Counted from the first letter of the stretch, positions 17,263 through 26,729 are shown. The stretch: DNA of 60,124 bases from an uncultured bacterium (GCA_964473735.1 CAYYQD010000003.1:1-60124), one strand, 5' to 3'. Program-made: numbers and translations. Notes: generated by a model from the sequence alone, not told the origin.

Positions 17263-17447
17263 CTTACGCCGAAAAGTTCTGTCGGAAGCTTGGCCTCGCC
17301 CGTTGCGAACCGTACTATTTGGGATGTTCGTTCGTTTATTGTTCCGCCTTAAACCGGAAACGTTCGGGTCAGGTGCAGCAAGGGGATGGATCCCTTAGTA
17401 GGCATCGCTTTATACCCGAAACGATACCGTCGGCAGGACACTGTGAT

Positions 17448-18098
17448 CTACCGCGGGCCCTCGGGCACGACCCTGAACCCTTTTACCTTGAAACGTACGG
17501 GTTTCCCTAACATCGCCGTGAGCAGGTTCCCCATAACCTTCTCCATCCGCTCCGAAAGCTTTGAACTCCAGGAGGGCAGCTCCTCCTTCATGCGCTTTCG
17601 CGCGATCCCCTTTATGTAGCTGAACACCGGTGAGGCCTCGTAGGACCGCATAGGGGTCCCGAATATCCCCACCTCTTCGGATACCACCCACCACCTGTCC
17701 ACGGACACCATAACCTCCGGCTCCGGAAGTATCACCTCAACCGACACCGTATCTCCATCGCTGGAGAGGGAGACGTCCCGGGGTCTTATCTTGGAGACAT
17801 CAAAGGCCAGCCGAAAGGTGACGACGAACTTGAGGACGGTCTTTCTCCCTCCTAACTTCACAGGGCCGCTCAAAATGGGGGACACCGTATCCTGCACCTC
17901 GTACTCCCTCTGCACTTCCAACACCACCAGCTTGGCCACCTCCCTTATTGAGCGTGTGAGTCCCTCCTTAGTTAAGCTGAACGTGAGCCTCCTATCCCTG
18001 AAAAGGGCTAGTATTCCGATCCGTCCGATGTACAACCCCCCTATCAGGGTCCATATTACGGCCCACACCGTCAAAAACGCACATACCTTACGGAGCAT
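17448..18098 (-). CDS. DUF4230-like membrane-anchored protein
   Basis: The ORF track extends to 18413, but that part is antisense to tig. ATG 18098 is preceded by TAAAAT (18107..18112) at 8 nt and yields an N-terminal TM segment 'MLRKVCAFLTVWAVIWTLIGGLYI'. Confidence 0.55.
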   Translation of the reverse strand: MLRKVCAFLTVWAVIWTLIGGLYIGRIGILALFRDRRLTFSLTKEGLTRSIREVAKLVVLEVQREYEVQDTVSPILSGPVKLGGRKTVLKFVVTFRLAFDVSKIRPRDVSLSSDGDTVSVEVILPEPEVMVSVDRWWVVSEEVGIFGTPMRSYEASPVFSYIKGIARKRMKEELPSWSSKLSERMEKVMGNLLTAMLGKPVRFKVKGFRVVPEGPR

Positions 18099-18106
18099 GA
18101 AGGTGT

Positions 18107-18112
18107 ATTTTA
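18107..18112 (-). promoter_or_regulatory. -10 box TAAAAT, 8 nt before ATG 18098 (DUF4230-like)
   Basis: The minus strand reads cgtTAAAATacaccttcATG. It is divergent from the tig promoter. Confidence 0.5.
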
Positions 18113-18142
18113 ACGTTGGAGGTAAAGGCCTCGTTTCTCCAG

Positions 18143-18148
18143 TAGAAT
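18143..18148 (+). promoter_or_regulatory. -10 box TAGAAT, 8 nt before ATG 18157 (tig)
   Basis: cagTAGAATagccgcttATG. Confidence 0.55.
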
Positions 18149-18156
18149 AGCCGCTT

Positions 18157-19326
18157 ATGGAAGAGAGGAAGTCTCTAAAGGAGGAAAAGATAGTCGTACC
18201 GAAGGAGGATTTAGAGAAGTACGTGGATAAGGCAGCCCGCAGGATAGCACGCAGGGTTAGGATACCCGGCTTCCGTCCGGGCAAGGCACCCCTCTCCATA
18301 GTTAAGCAGAGGTTCGCGAAGGAGATAAGGGAGGAGGCCGTATCGGAGGCTCTCAACGAGAGGGTGAAGGCCCTGATTGAGGAGAGGGGATGGAGGCTCA
18401 TATCATCACCCAAGGTAAAAGCGGAGAGTGAAAACGAGGACTCCTACGAGTTTACGGTTGAGTTTGAGATCTACCCCGAGATCTTTCTTCCGGACCTCTC
18501 CCAGATAAAGGTTAAGAAGAGAATAAAGCAGATAAGCGACGCGGACGTGGAGGAGAGGATTCAGGAGTTCAAGGAGGAAAACGCCAGCCTCCAGTCCGTT
18601 GACCGGGAGGTAAGGGAGGGGGACGTGGTCTTGGCCGAGTTCTTCGTGAGAAAGGACGGAGAGGAAGGGGAGAGAAAGAGGGCCCGCATATACGTGAAGG
18701 CCGACGAGCTGGACGAAGACCTTTACAACGCTATTTTAGGGAAGAGGGTAGGGGACGAGGTCGTTCTACCCGGCGAGGAGGAGGGTGAGGAGGAGGTGTA
18801 CGTCATAAAGAAGGTGTTTGAGATGCTCTACCCCTCGGACGAGGAAGTGGCCGAGCTGTTGGGGTACCCACCGGATAGGCTCCGGGATAAGATAAGGGAG
18901 GAGCTCGTTGAGGAAGCGCAGAAGGAGGCGGAGTTTGAGCTGGAGAACAGCATAATACAGGAGATCCTGCGTCTCGCTCCCTTTGATCCACCCCCCTCCC
19001 TCGTCTATCAGGTCTATAAGGACATAAAGCCCCAGATAGCAAAACAGGTTCCCCCGGAGGAGGTTGAGGAGGCCGCCCTCCAGAACGCCGCCTTCATAGT
19101 GGCCCGGGATCTCATCATTCTGAAGCTGATAGAGGAGAAGGACCTTGACATTACGGACGAGGAGATCGTACAGTACCTGAAGGAGGAGGGGAAACCGGAC
19201 CCCGAGAAGTTCCTTGAAGAGGCCCGGAAGAGGGGGAAGTACGACGAGCTCCGGAACCGCTACCTGATAAGAAAGGCCTACGACTACCTGAAGCAGAACG
19301 TTCAGATAGAACCGGAGTTCGTATAA
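18157..19326 (+). CDS. tig: trigger factor
   Basis: Ribosome-binding signature 'IPGFRPGKAP' near the N-terminus. The protein is acidic with a C-terminal helical arm domain. At 389 aa it is shorter than typical. Confidence 0.8.
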   Translation: MEERKSLKEEKIVVPKEDLEKYVDKAARRIARRVRIPGFRPGKAPLSIVKQRFAKEIREEAVSEALNERVKALIEERGWRLISSPKVKAESENEDSYEFTVEFEIYPEIFLPDLSQIKVKKRIKQISDADVEERIQEFKEENASLQSVDREVREGDVVLAEFFVRKDGEEGERKRARIYVKADELDEDLYNAILGKRVGDEVVLPGEEEGEEEVYVIKKVFEMLYPSDEEVAELLGYPPDRLRDKIREELVEEAQKEAEFELENSIIQEILRLAPFDPPPSLVYQVYKDIKPQIAKQVPPEEVEEAALQNAAFIVARDLIILKLIEEKDLDITDEEIVQYLKEEGKPDPEKFLEEARKRGKYDELRNRYLIRKAYDYLKQNVQIEPEFV

Positions 19327-19383
19327 GGAATACCGTTCGGGATCGGGAAGTGAAGGGGTAAGTGGTATTTTGGTATCCCACCG

Positions 19384-19389
19384 TAGAAT
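19384..19389 (+). promoter_or_regulatory. -10 box TAGAAT, 6 nt before GTG 19396
   Basis: ccgTAGAATcttgagGTG. Confidence 0.5.
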
Positions 19390-19395
19390 CTTGAG

Positions 19396-20169
19396 GTGTT
19401 TAAACGACCTTACCTTTTGCCCATAACGGTGGCCGTACTCCTCTCCTGCGGGAGGGTGGGGGAGGGTGAGGGGAAGGTGAAGGCAAAGAGGGTCCTCTTA
19501 TCCTTTGAGGCGGACAGTGGGTGGGGAGCCATGACGCCGGAGGGAAAGGTACTCTTCTTTATAAGAGGTGCGAAGTATCTGGGTAAGTTCTCGGAGGGGC
19601 TGGCCCCCTTCTCCCCGGACGGCATGCGCTACGGATACGTGGATACGCTCGGGAAAGTGGTTGTCCCTCCACGCCTCATCTGGACCGGGGAGTTCAAGGA
19701 GGGCATGGCTACGGTAAAGGATAGGCGGAATAGACGGTACGGGGTTATAGGGAAGGACGGGGAGTACAGGATACCTCCGAAGTACCTCCACGTTGAGAGG
19801 GCGGGGTACGGGCTATTTTGGGGCAGGACGGAGGAGGGGTGGATACTGTTGGACACCTCCGGACGTCGCCTTACGGACTCCTACGTTGAAGAGGTCTACC
19901 CTTTTACCGGAGCAGGATGGACAAAGGTGAAAACGGGGGACGGGTGGGGCATTATAGACACCTCTGGCAGGTGGCTGGTTAAACCGAAGTACAGATACGT
20001 GGACCTATACACGGAGGACGTTTTTCTGGTTAGGGACAGCACCGGTTGGGGGTACGTTAGGGCGGGGAAGGTCATCTATTGGCGTAATCTTCCAGAGGTG
20101 CCATCGGTGGAGAGCTTGAAGGTCGCCCCCGAAGTTAAGATAGAGATAACACCACCTAAGTTAAAGTAA
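19396..20169 (+). CDS. WG-repeat lipoprotein
   Basis: Lipobox-like 'LLSCG'. Repeated 'GYVD..GKVVVPP', 'YGVIGKDGEYRIPPKY' and 'WGIIDTSGRWLVKPKY' (KWG/WG repeat family). Confidence 0.7.
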   Translation: MFKRPYLLPITVAVLLSCGRVGEGEGKVKAKRVLLSFEADSGWGAMTPEGKVLFFIRGAKYLGKFSEGLAPFSPDGMRYGYVDTLGKVVVPPRLIWTGEFKEGMATVKDRRNRRYGVIGKDGEYRIPPKYLHVERAGYGLFWGRTEEGWILLDTSGRRLTDSYVEEVYPFTGAGWTKVKTGDGWGIIDTSGRWLVKPKYRYVDLYTEDVFLVRDSTGWGYVRAGKVIYWRNLPEVPSVESLKVAPEVKIEITPPKLK

Positions 20170-20178
20170 GGGCGGGGG

Positions 20179-20184
20179 TAGAAT
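20179..20184 (+). promoter_or_regulatory. -10 box TAGAAT, 6 nt before TTG 20191
   Basis: gggTAGAATtccggcTTG. Confidence 0.5.
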
Positions 20185-20190
20185 TCCGGC

Positions 20191-21033
20191 TTGAAAAAGG
20201 TACTCCGGTACTCCGTAGCCGTTCTGGGTGTCCTGTTCGCCCTCTACCCCCTCCTGAGGGACTTCCACAGGATAAGGGATATAGAGTTTAACCCGCCCCT
20301 CTTCCTACTTTCTACGGCCCTGATGGTGGCCTCGTACTCCCTTCTGCCCGTGGTATGGTTCTTCGTGGGTAGGGCCTTCGGGGTACCTTTAAAACCGAGA
20401 GAGGCCGTAAACTCGTGGTTCGTGTCTGCTGTGGGCAGGTACATACCGGGTAAGGTATGGCAGTTCGTGGGGCGGGCCTCTCTCCTCCCCTATCCGGCCT
20501 CCGTGGTCGTATCGGCCATGTTCTACGAACATCTCGTCCTGATGGTGGGGGCTTCCCTCTTCTCGTTCGTAAGGCCCAGCTTTCCCACGCTTCAAACCTC
20601 AATAACGGTTGTTCTGATAGTCTTACTCTTTCTCTGGAAGTACGCCATCCTGATAACTAAAAGGTGGCTTCCCAAAGTTAGGCATTACCCCAAACGGTGG
20701 GACTTCGTACTACTGGCGGTCCTGTTCGCCACCCTCTACTGGGCCTTCTCCGGGTACGCCGCCTACCTCGTAGCGCGTAGTATCCGCTGGGGGAAAGGCT
20801 ATCCCGAGATAGCCTTCGTGTATTCCTTCTCTTTCGTGGCCTCCTACGTCCTTCCCCTTACCCCGGCCGGCTTGGGTATAAGGGAGGCTATAATCTCCAG
20901 CGTAATGGGGTACGACGTCCGATCCTCCGTCTTCGCCCTCCTCACCCGTCTGGTGATTCTGGCCACCGACCTCCTCACCCTCGGCGTGGGGGTCGTGGCG
21001 GGACTCACAGGAAGTAAGAGAGAAGGGCCTTAG
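20191..21033 (+). CDS. UPF0104 / lysylphosphatidylglycerol-synthase-TM-like (flippase-like) membrane protein
   Basis: Polytopic membrane protein. 'RYIPGKVWQFVGR' and 'LTPAGLGIREA' resemble the UPF0104 family. Confidence 0.6.
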   Translation: MKKVLRYSVAVLGVLFALYPLLRDFHRIRDIEFNPPLFLLSTALMVASYSLLPVVWFFVGRAFGVPLKPREAVNSWFVSAVGRYIPGKVWQFVGRASLLPYPASVVVSAMFYEHLVLMVGASLFSFVRPSFPTLQTSITVVLIVLLFLWKYAILITKRWLPKVRHYPKRWDFVLLAVLFATLYWAFSGYAAYLVARSIRWGKGYPEIAFVYSFSFVASYVLPLTPAGLGIREAIISSVMGYDVRSSVFALLTRLVILATDLLTLGVGVVAGLTGSKREGP

Positions 21034-21736
21034 GGAGACCGTTCTCCTCTATCTCCCTCTTCAGGGGTGAGATGTCGTACTCCACCCTGTACCACGTGAA
21101 GGAGGGTTCGGACGGATCGTATATGCCGAAGGATGCTCCCCCGAGGCCGTCCCTCGGTTGCCCTACAGAGCCGGGGTTTATTATGTAGCGCACGGAGGGG
21201 AGTAGCCTCATCTTAACGTGGTCGCTAACCACCTGCCCCCCCACAACCACGTTCTTGTAGCGGGCGAAGTAAGAGGGTACGTGGGTGTGCCCCACGAATA
21301 TCACCTGTGCGTTGGTGTTCCTGAAAGCCTGGGAGGCCTCATCAACGTTGAAGATGTACTGCCATATAGGATCCCCCGGAGCCGCGTGCACGTAAAGTAC
21401 GGAGTCTTCTCTGAATATGGGCCTTAGGGAGCCGATGAACCTACGGTTTTCCTCCTTTATCACCCTCTCCGTCCATAGACTGCATGCGCTGGCAAGGTCC
21501 GAAAAGTACCTCCTCTCCCTCCCGTCCAGTAGGGCGGCGTCGTGGTTCCCTAAGAGACAAAGGTCGCAGTTCTCCCTGAACCACTCTATCACCTCGTTGG
21601 GACGGGTGCCGTAATCAACGTAGTCCCCCAGAGATACAACGCGGTCGTACCCGATACCCTTTTCTTTTAGAAAGTTCAGGACCGCCTCCAACGCGAACAG
21701 ATTAGCATGTACGTCGGATAGCACCAGGGTCCTCAC
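21005..21736 (-). CDS. metallophosphoesterase (YfcE/MJ0936-type)
   Basis: Calcineurin-like motifs 'LSDVHAN', 'GDYVDYG', 'GNHD' and 'GHTH'. GGAGGGG SD 6 nt before the GTG. Confidence 0.85.
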   Translation of the reverse strand: MRTLVLSDVHANLFALEAVLNFLKEKGIGYDRVVSLGDYVDYGTRPNEVIEWFRENCDLCLLGNHDAALLDGRERRYFSDLASACSLWTERVIKEENRRFIGSLRPIFREDSVLYVHAAPGDPIWQYIFNVDEASQAFRNTNAQVIFVGHTHVPSYFARYKNVVVGGQVVSDHVKMRLLPSVRYIINPGSVGQPRDGLGGASFGIYDPSEPSFTWYRVEYDISPLKREIEENGLPKALLSYFL

Positions 21737-21750
21737 ATCTTGCCCCTCCG

Positions 21751-22044
21751 TCAGGACAGGTAGGTCTCCAGCCTATCTAAGAGCTCATCCACCTTCCTCC
21801 GTAGGGTTTCAAACCGTTCGGCGGCTTCCCCCTTCAGCTTTCCGGACCTCTCGTTAAACTCCCTCTCTATCTGCGCTCTCAGCTCCTTCAGTCTCTCCCG
21901 GGCTTCCCTGCTCCTGTCCATGAGCTTTCCCCTTACCTCCCTTCCGGTATAGGGGGTAGTCAGGAGCGTTGCCAGGGCCCCTATCGTAATACCCGTAAGA
22001 AGACCCATTACGAACAAAAGAGTATCTTCACCTTTCCTGTTCAT
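21751..22044 (-). CDS. YtxH-domain protein
   Basis: 97 aa with an N-terminal TM segment, then a charged coiled region ('GREVRGKLMDRSREARERLKELRAQIEREF'). Confidence 0.65.
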   Translation of the reverse strand: MNRKGEDTLLFVMGLLTGITIGALATLLTTPYTGREVRGKLMDRSREARERLKELRAQIEREFNERSGKLKGEAAERFETLRRKVDELLDRLETYLS

Positions 22045-22052
22045 AGGGTATA

Positions 22053-22058
22053 ATTCTA
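22053..22058 (-). promoter_or_regulatory. -10 box TAGAAT, 8 nt before ATG 22044 (ytxH-like)
   Basis: The minus strand reads cctTAGAATtataccctATG. Confidence 0.55.
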
Positions 22059-22085
22059 AGGGAGAACGGGATGTCCTTCCACGGT

Positions 22086-22091
22086 TAAAAT
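22086..22091 (+). promoter_or_regulatory. -10 box TAAAAT, 6 nt before TTG 22098
   Basis: ggtTAAAATagggacTTG. Confidence 0.45.
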
Positions 22092-22097
22092 AGGGAC

Positions 22098-22745
22098 TTG
22101 GGAATAGGCGATACCTTACTCGTGCTGTACCTTCTGGGTGTCGGAGACGGTAAAGCGGCCCAGATTGAAGCCCTTAGGGTGGGATCCACCTACCTCTACG
22201 CCCGGGCTCTGGCACTCTCCGGGGATACCCTATCGGCTATAAACGTCCTCTCCCGAGAGGGGGGGTGTAAGGCCAAAAGGTACCGCCTCGTCCTGATGTT
22301 GGGGAAGTTCTACCTTGATGGGGCGAGGGAGCTACTCAAGGATACGGTGTGCTTCACCCACAGGGACGTGGTTCTGTACAACGCGTACCTTCTGAACTTC
22401 CTTCCCCACCCACTCGCGGACTCCCTGCGCGAGGAGGTGCCTCCTCTCCTTGATCCCAAGAGGGCCATCCTGTTCAACATAGTTCCCGGAATGGGGCTCG
22501 TATATGCGGGCAGGCCGTGGCAGGGCGTGAAGACCCTTCTGGCCGTCTCCCTCGGTTTCGCTGGCATGACCTACGCTATAAGGAAACGCCACTACGCCGA
22601 CGCCGTCGTCTGGTACGTCTTCTGGGAGAACAGGTTCCTGACGGGCAGCTTCCAGAACTCCCTCAGGGCCGTCTGGGACGAGAACCGCAGACGTCTCAAA
22701 CCTTACTTTCGGAAGGTCCTGCGGATGATAGAGGAGGGTAAGTAA
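22098..22745 (+). CDS. hypothetical membrane protein
   Basis: TTG start 6 nt after TAAAAT. Two hydrophobic helices around 'FNIVPGMGLVYAGRPWQGVKTLLAVSLGFAGMTYA'. No confident family assignment. Confidence 0.45.
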   Translation: MGIGDTLLVLYLLGVGDGKAAQIEALRVGSTYLYARALALSGDTLSAINVLSREGGCKAKRYRLVLMLGKFYLDGARELLKDTVCFTHRDVVLYNAYLLNFLPHPLADSLREEVPPLLDPKRAILFNIVPGMGLVYAGRPWQGVKTLLAVSLGFAGMTYAIRKRHYADAVVWYVFWENRFLTGSFQNSLRAVWDENRRRLKPYFRKVLRMIEEGK

Positions 22746-22787
22746 GCTTACTACTGGCACTCGCGCTCCTCCGAGCGGATGGTGCCA

Positions 22788-24212
22788 CTATCTGACGACG
22801 ACCTTTGTGGCTCTCCCTTCCCCGGTTATGATGAAATACACGCCGGGAGGGAGAGAAAAGTTGCCACCGTTTCCTCTCCCTATCAGATGACCGCTGGCCG
22901 AGTAAAGGGCATAGGATCCGAAGATCTTCAGAGTCCTGCCTCTGATCTCAAATGACTTCGCTCTCTGCTTTTCCCCTTCAGAAGAACCGAGATCTCCTCC
23001 CGCGACCAGGGGTATAAAACGACTGCAATAGATCTCGTAGTTCCCGGGAGTGTTATCCTGCCAGCATACTATACCGTATCCGAAACCCCTTGAGTAACCT
23101 ACCATAGGCCATAGGGAACGTCCCGGGGTGTTGGAGACACGTTGAACGGGGTACCACGCGGAATCCGGACCCGCTTTACACGTGGAGAATACCTCAAAGT
23201 TTCCACCGCTTCGGGAGGATTTCTCAAACCAGGTGATATACACCACACCCAAACGGTTTGCCACCGTAGCACCGGCAGCCGTATCGGCAGGAGCGCTCAA
23301 AGAAGTTATATTCTCCCTGGGCCTCCACGTAAGGCCCCCATCCACCGACTCCCTGTAGAAGACGTTTATGGCACTTCCCACTTTATCAAACCATACGACG
23401 CTAACGTAATTTCCGGACGATGCTATGTGGCAGGAGTTATAGTGGAGGTTGGTAGATAAAGTTCCAACGGGTACCGGTGAGGTCCAGGTGGCTCCGTAAT
23501 CCGTGGAGTGCGTGACCATGATGTAGGGAAAATCCGTATAGCACACCGAAAATCGGTTTCCTCCATTATGGGTTATCTGGGGATGCCTCTCGTGGGAAGA
23601 GGAGGGTGCAGCCACGGGTATGCCCCCGGAAGGTCCCCATGTATCTCCGCCATCAAAGGTACGTTTGACCCTTACACCGTGGGAGTACGCATCCACCACG
23701 AGAAGTACGGTATCCGGAGAGCGAGATGCTTCCATTACGGGAGCATCAAGGTTCCTCGGTCCCCCCCCGTACTCATCGGCAGAAAACACGTTCCTTCCAC
23801 TGGGGGTATAATCCCACGTACTTCCGTTATCAAAGGACCTGTTAAAGGGTACGTAGGAGGAAGGGGAACAGTCCCAGCAGTACGCTATGGAATATACCAC
23901 CGAGTCCCTTGCCAATATTGAGGATTCCCATCCGTAGTTGAGTACCCGGATTCCCAGGCAGTCCGACCCCGAGCACCACTCCCAGCTGGAGCCGCGATCA
24001 CTGGATCTGTTGTACCGGTTTCCTGCGCCGGCTCTGGTCCAGAGAATATGGACGGTGTCACCTACCAGGTATAGGCTCTGAGGAGTCCTCTCATTGAAGA
24101 ATTGGGGCCACACTATTCCGTCCGCTCCGAAGTAATCGTGCGCGGGATTATCCGTAATTCTCCAAACCCCGCTAAAGCTCAAACAACTCTGTGAAATAAG
24201 GATTACGAACAT
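22788..24212 (-). CDS. Asp-box (BNR) beta-propeller protein with T9SS-type CTD
   Basis: Asp-boxes SSDRGSSW, SFDNGSTW, TFDGGDTW, STDYGATW and SVDGGLTW. Tail '...LPPGVYFIITGEGRATKVVVR'. Confidence 0.8.
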   Translation of the reverse strand: MFVILISQSCLSFSGVWRITDNPAHDYFGADGIVWPQFFNERTPQSLYLVGDTVHILWTRAGAGNRYNRSSDRGSSWEWCSGSDCLGIRVLNYGWESSILARDSVVYSIAYCWDCSPSSYVPFNRSFDNGSTWDYTPSGRNVFSADEYGGGPRNLDAPVMEASRSPDTVLLVVDAYSHGVRVKRTFDGGDTWGPSGGIPVAAPSSSHERHPQITHNGGNRFSVCYTDFPYIMVTHSTDYGATWTSPVPVGTLSTNLHYNSCHIASSGNYVSVVWFDKVGSAINVFYRESVDGGLTWRPRENITSLSAPADTAAGATVANRLGVVYITWFEKSSRSGGNFEVFSTCKAGPDSAWYPVQRVSNTPGRSLWPMVGYSRGFGYGIVCWQDNTPGNYEIYCSRFIPLVAGGDLGSSEGEKQRAKSFEIRGRTLKIFGSYALYSASGHLIGRGNGGNFSLPPGVYFIITGEGRATKVVVR

Positions 24213-24220
24213 AAGTGTGT

Positions 24221-24226
24221 ATTATA
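24221..24226 (-). promoter_or_regulatory. -10 box TATAAT, 8 nt before ATG 24212 (Asp-box CTD protein)
   Basis: The minus strand reads ctgTATAATacacacttATG. Confidence 0.55.
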
Positions 24227-24375
24227 CAGATGATGCAGCTCCCTGTATGCATATAGCATTACGGCTATAAAATAATCTACTTTAAGCCGCTTATTATTTA
24301 GATTATGGCTACTCCGTAAATTGCCGACCACTTACCTGTTTCACGTACAAGATTCTACCTTTACCTTCCGCGTTA

Positions 24376-24966
24376 TCAGATCTCAACCTTCACCCTGACC
24401 TGCCACGTTCTCTTCCTGCTGTCCATAAGGATGACGCCCGTAAAGGCACGGTGCCCGAACCTCTTTAAGAGGTCGTAGGCTAAGTCGTAGTCCTTCCCCT
24501 TCACCTCGGTCTTACCTATAAGGGCCTCGTACTTACCGGCCGGTATGGGTTTCCGTTTGACCTGCACCTCCCTCCACTCAAGGGTTATCCTCCTGGGTTT
24601 CACCTCCCCCTTACAGGGAGCCCGCATCAGAGACGTGAATACGGACTTCAGGAAGGGTTGGGCGTCGGGGGGACCGTAAGTTTCAACCTCCTTCAGCATG
24701 TCCCCGTACCTGTACCTGAAGTGGTACGTGGGGAGGTTCGCCCCCTGAAACATGGCGTACTTATCCTTCAGCCTCTTCCACCTCTCCGGATCCAGCAGGG
24801 AGTCCGGCACGTCTATGCGACAGTAAAGGGTCTGGATGTTCATCGTCCGCAGGGATACCCCACTCTTTCCTTCAACCTTCGCTAACGGTATCTTCGCACC
24901 CCAATGCTCCTCGTAGACGTAAAGACTAACCGGCACCCTGGGCGATAGCGCTATCAGAACGAACAT
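24376..24966 (-). CDS. hypothetical protein, probably exported
   Basis: ORF-track ATG 24975 lies inside the TAGAAT hexamer (24974..24979). The next in-frame ATG, 24966, is 7 nt downstream. N-terminus 'MFVLIALSP'. No domain recognised. Confidence 0.4.
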   Translation of the reverse strand: MFVLIALSPRVPVSLYVYEEHWGAKIPLAKVEGKSGVSLRTMNIQTLYCRIDVPDSLLDPERWKRLKDKYAMFQGANLPTYHFRYRYGDMLKEVETYGPPDAQPFLKSVFTSLMRAPCKGEVKPRRITLEWREVQVKRKPIPAGKYEALIGKTEVKGKDYDLAYDLLKRFGHRAFTGVILMDSRKRTWQVRVKVEI

Positions 24967-24973
24967 GAAGGGC

Positions 24974-24979
24974 ATTCTA
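24974..24979 (-). promoter_or_regulatory. -10 box TAGAAT overlapping ATG 24975; 7 nt before ATG 24966
   Basis: The minus strand reads cctTAGAATGcccttcATG. Confidence 0.45.
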
Positions 24980-24985
24980 AGGGGG

Positions 24986-26440
24986 CTAACTACCCTCCCA
25001 CTTCACCTTCAGCTGCTTCGCCGCCCTCACCTCATCAAGCCGCCTTACGGGGGTGCCGTGGGGTGCCTCCTTCACCAGCTCGGGATTTTCGTAGGCCTCC
25101 CTCTTTATCCTTATTAAAGCGTCGGCGAAGGCCTCAAGGCTCTCCTTGGTCTCCGTCTCCGTGGGCTCTATCATGAGGGCCTCCGGTACTATGAGGGGGA
25201 AATACACCGTAGGAGCGTGGAAGCCGTAGTCAAGGAGCCTCTTGGCTATGTCGTACGTGCGCACCCCAGTATCCCGTTTTATAGGGGAGGCTGTAGCCAC
25301 GAACTCGTGCATGTTCCGGGTTGGATAGGCTATCCTGTACTCTCCCTCAACTAAGTGGCGGAGGTAGTTGGCGTTGAGAACGGCGTCGGCGGCCGCCTGC
25401 TTTAGACCCTCTCCGCCCATGGACAGGATGTACGCGTAGGCCCTAACCATCACTAAAAAGTGCCCGTAAAAGGCGTGTACCTTACCTATGCTCAGGGGCC
25501 TTTCCCAGTCCAGATAGTACCTATCCTCCTTCTCATCGTACTCAACTACGGGGACGGGTAGGAAGTCCTTGAGGTGCTCCCTGACGAGTACAGCACCGGC
25601 ACCCGGTCCCCCTCCACCGTGGGGTGTGGAGAAGGTCTTGTGGAGGTTGAGATGTACGACGTCTATACCTAAGTCGGCCAGACTGACCCACCCCATCAGG
25701 GCGTTGAAGTTCGCCCCGTCCATATACACCTGCCCCCCGGCCCTATGAACCAAATCCGTTATCCGCCTTATGTCCCTCTCAAACAGGCCTAAGGTGTTGG
25801 GGTTGGTGATCATCAGGCCCACCGTCCTGTCGGATAGCTTGGACTTTAGGTCCTCAACGTCAAGGGTTCCCCTATCGTTGGACTTAACCTCAACGGCCTT
25901 AAAACCCGCCATTGAGGATGTGGCCGGGTTGGTTCCGTGGGCGGAGTCCGGTATGAGGACCTCGTCCCTGTGGGCCTCCCCCCTGTGCTTCAGGTAGGCC
26001 TTTATTACGAATATGCCCGTCAGCTCCCCGCTGGCGCCGGCAACCGGCTGAAGGGTGACCCCGTCCATCCCCGTGAGCCTCTTCAGGTACTCCTGAAGGT
26101 CGTGCATGAGCTTCAAGGCTCCCTGTACCAGATGGGTAGGGGAGTGGGGGTGCAGGTGGGTAAAGCCGGGGAGACGGGAAACGTCCTCGTTAAACTTGGG
26201 GTTGTATTTCATCGTGCATGATCCGAGTGGGTAGAAACCTATATCCACACCCCAGTTCTTCTGGGAGAGCCTGACGTAGTGCCGGATCACCTCGTTCTCC
26301 GGAACCTCCGGAAGATCCAGAGGGACGGTGCGCCTTAGCTCCGGGGGAATGCCGTACTCGGCGGGAAAGTCGGGAACCGGGAAACGGGCCGTTCCTTCCC
26401 TGTGTTTTTCAAAGATAACCTTATCGTCCCTGATGAGCAT
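24986..26440 (-). CDS. gcvPB: glycine dehydrogenase (decarboxylating) subunit 2
   Basis: 484 aa. 'GSCTMKYNPK', the PLP-lysine context 'NLHKTFSTPHGGGGPG' and 'FHAPTVYFPLIVPEALMIEPTE' are diagnostic. Confidence 0.95.
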   Translation of the reverse strand: MLIRDDKVIFEKHREGTARFPVPDFPAEYGIPPELRRTVPLDLPEVPENEVIRHYVRLSQKNWGVDIGFYPLGSCTMKYNPKFNEDVSRLPGFTHLHPHSPTHLVQGALKLMHDLQEYLKRLTGMDGVTLQPVAGASGELTGIFVIKAYLKHRGEAHRDEVLIPDSAHGTNPATSSMAGFKAVEVKSNDRGTLDVEDLKSKLSDRTVGLMITNPNTLGLFERDIRRITDLVHRAGGQVYMDGANFNALMGWVSLADLGIDVVHLNLHKTFSTPHGGGGPGAGAVLVREHLKDFLPVPVVEYDEKEDRYYLDWERPLSIGKVHAFYGHFLVMVRAYAYILSMGGEGLKQAAADAVLNANYLRHLVEGEYRIAYPTRNMHEFVATASPIKRDTGVRTYDIAKRLLDYGFHAPTVYFPLIVPEALMIEPTETETKESLEAFADALIRIKREAYENPELVKEAPHGTPVRRLDEVRAAKQLKVKWEGS

Positions 26441-26448
26441 GGAAGACG

Positions 26449-26454
26449 ATTCTA
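26449..26454 (-). promoter_or_regulatory. -10 box TAGAAT, 8 nt before ATG 26440 (gcvPB)
   Basis: The minus strand reads gggTAGAATcgtcttccATG. Confidence 0.55.
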
Positions 26455-26501
26455 CCCCCGAGAGGAGGTGTCGTTCTCACCGAAGGTGGTACTCTCTTCC
26501 G

Positions 26502-26720
26502 CTACTCTTCCTCTTTGATCTCCACTAACTCGTACCCCACCCCCTGTATCACCTCCGCCACCTCTTCAAAGAAGACCTCCTCCTCGCTCTTAAAACGCGC
26601 CTCCCCCTTTTCAAGGGAGACCTGTACGTCGGAGTATCCGACCCCTTCAAGGGCCTTCTTTACCTTCATCGCGCAATGGGGGCAGGTCATACCCTGCACC
26701 TTAGCAACGTAGATTTTCAT
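26502..26720 (-). CDS. copZ: heavy-metal-associated (CopZ-like) metallochaperone
   Basis: 72 aa with an 'MTCPHC' metal-binding loop in a ferredoxin-like HMA layout. Confidence 0.8.
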   Translation of the reverse strand: MKIYVAKVQGMTCPHCAMKVKKALEGVGYSDVQVSLEKGEARFKSEEEVFFEEVAEVIQGVGYELVEIKEEE

Positions 26721-26729
26721 GGGGGAGAG

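Noticed and set aside
17448-18413. The 321-aa ORF-track version of the DUF4230-like gene.
   Set aside because: Its first 105 codons are antisense to tig and Ser/Leu-rich. A -10 box and ATG at 18098 give a sensible TM-anchored protein, so the longer version was shortened rather than accepted.
18157-19326. Trigger factor being truncated or degenerate (389 aa versus ~430-450 typical).
   Set aside because: The ribosome-binding GFRPGKAP motif and a long C-terminal arm are present. Without an alignment I cannot show that a domain is missing. It is left as a note in the feature evidence.
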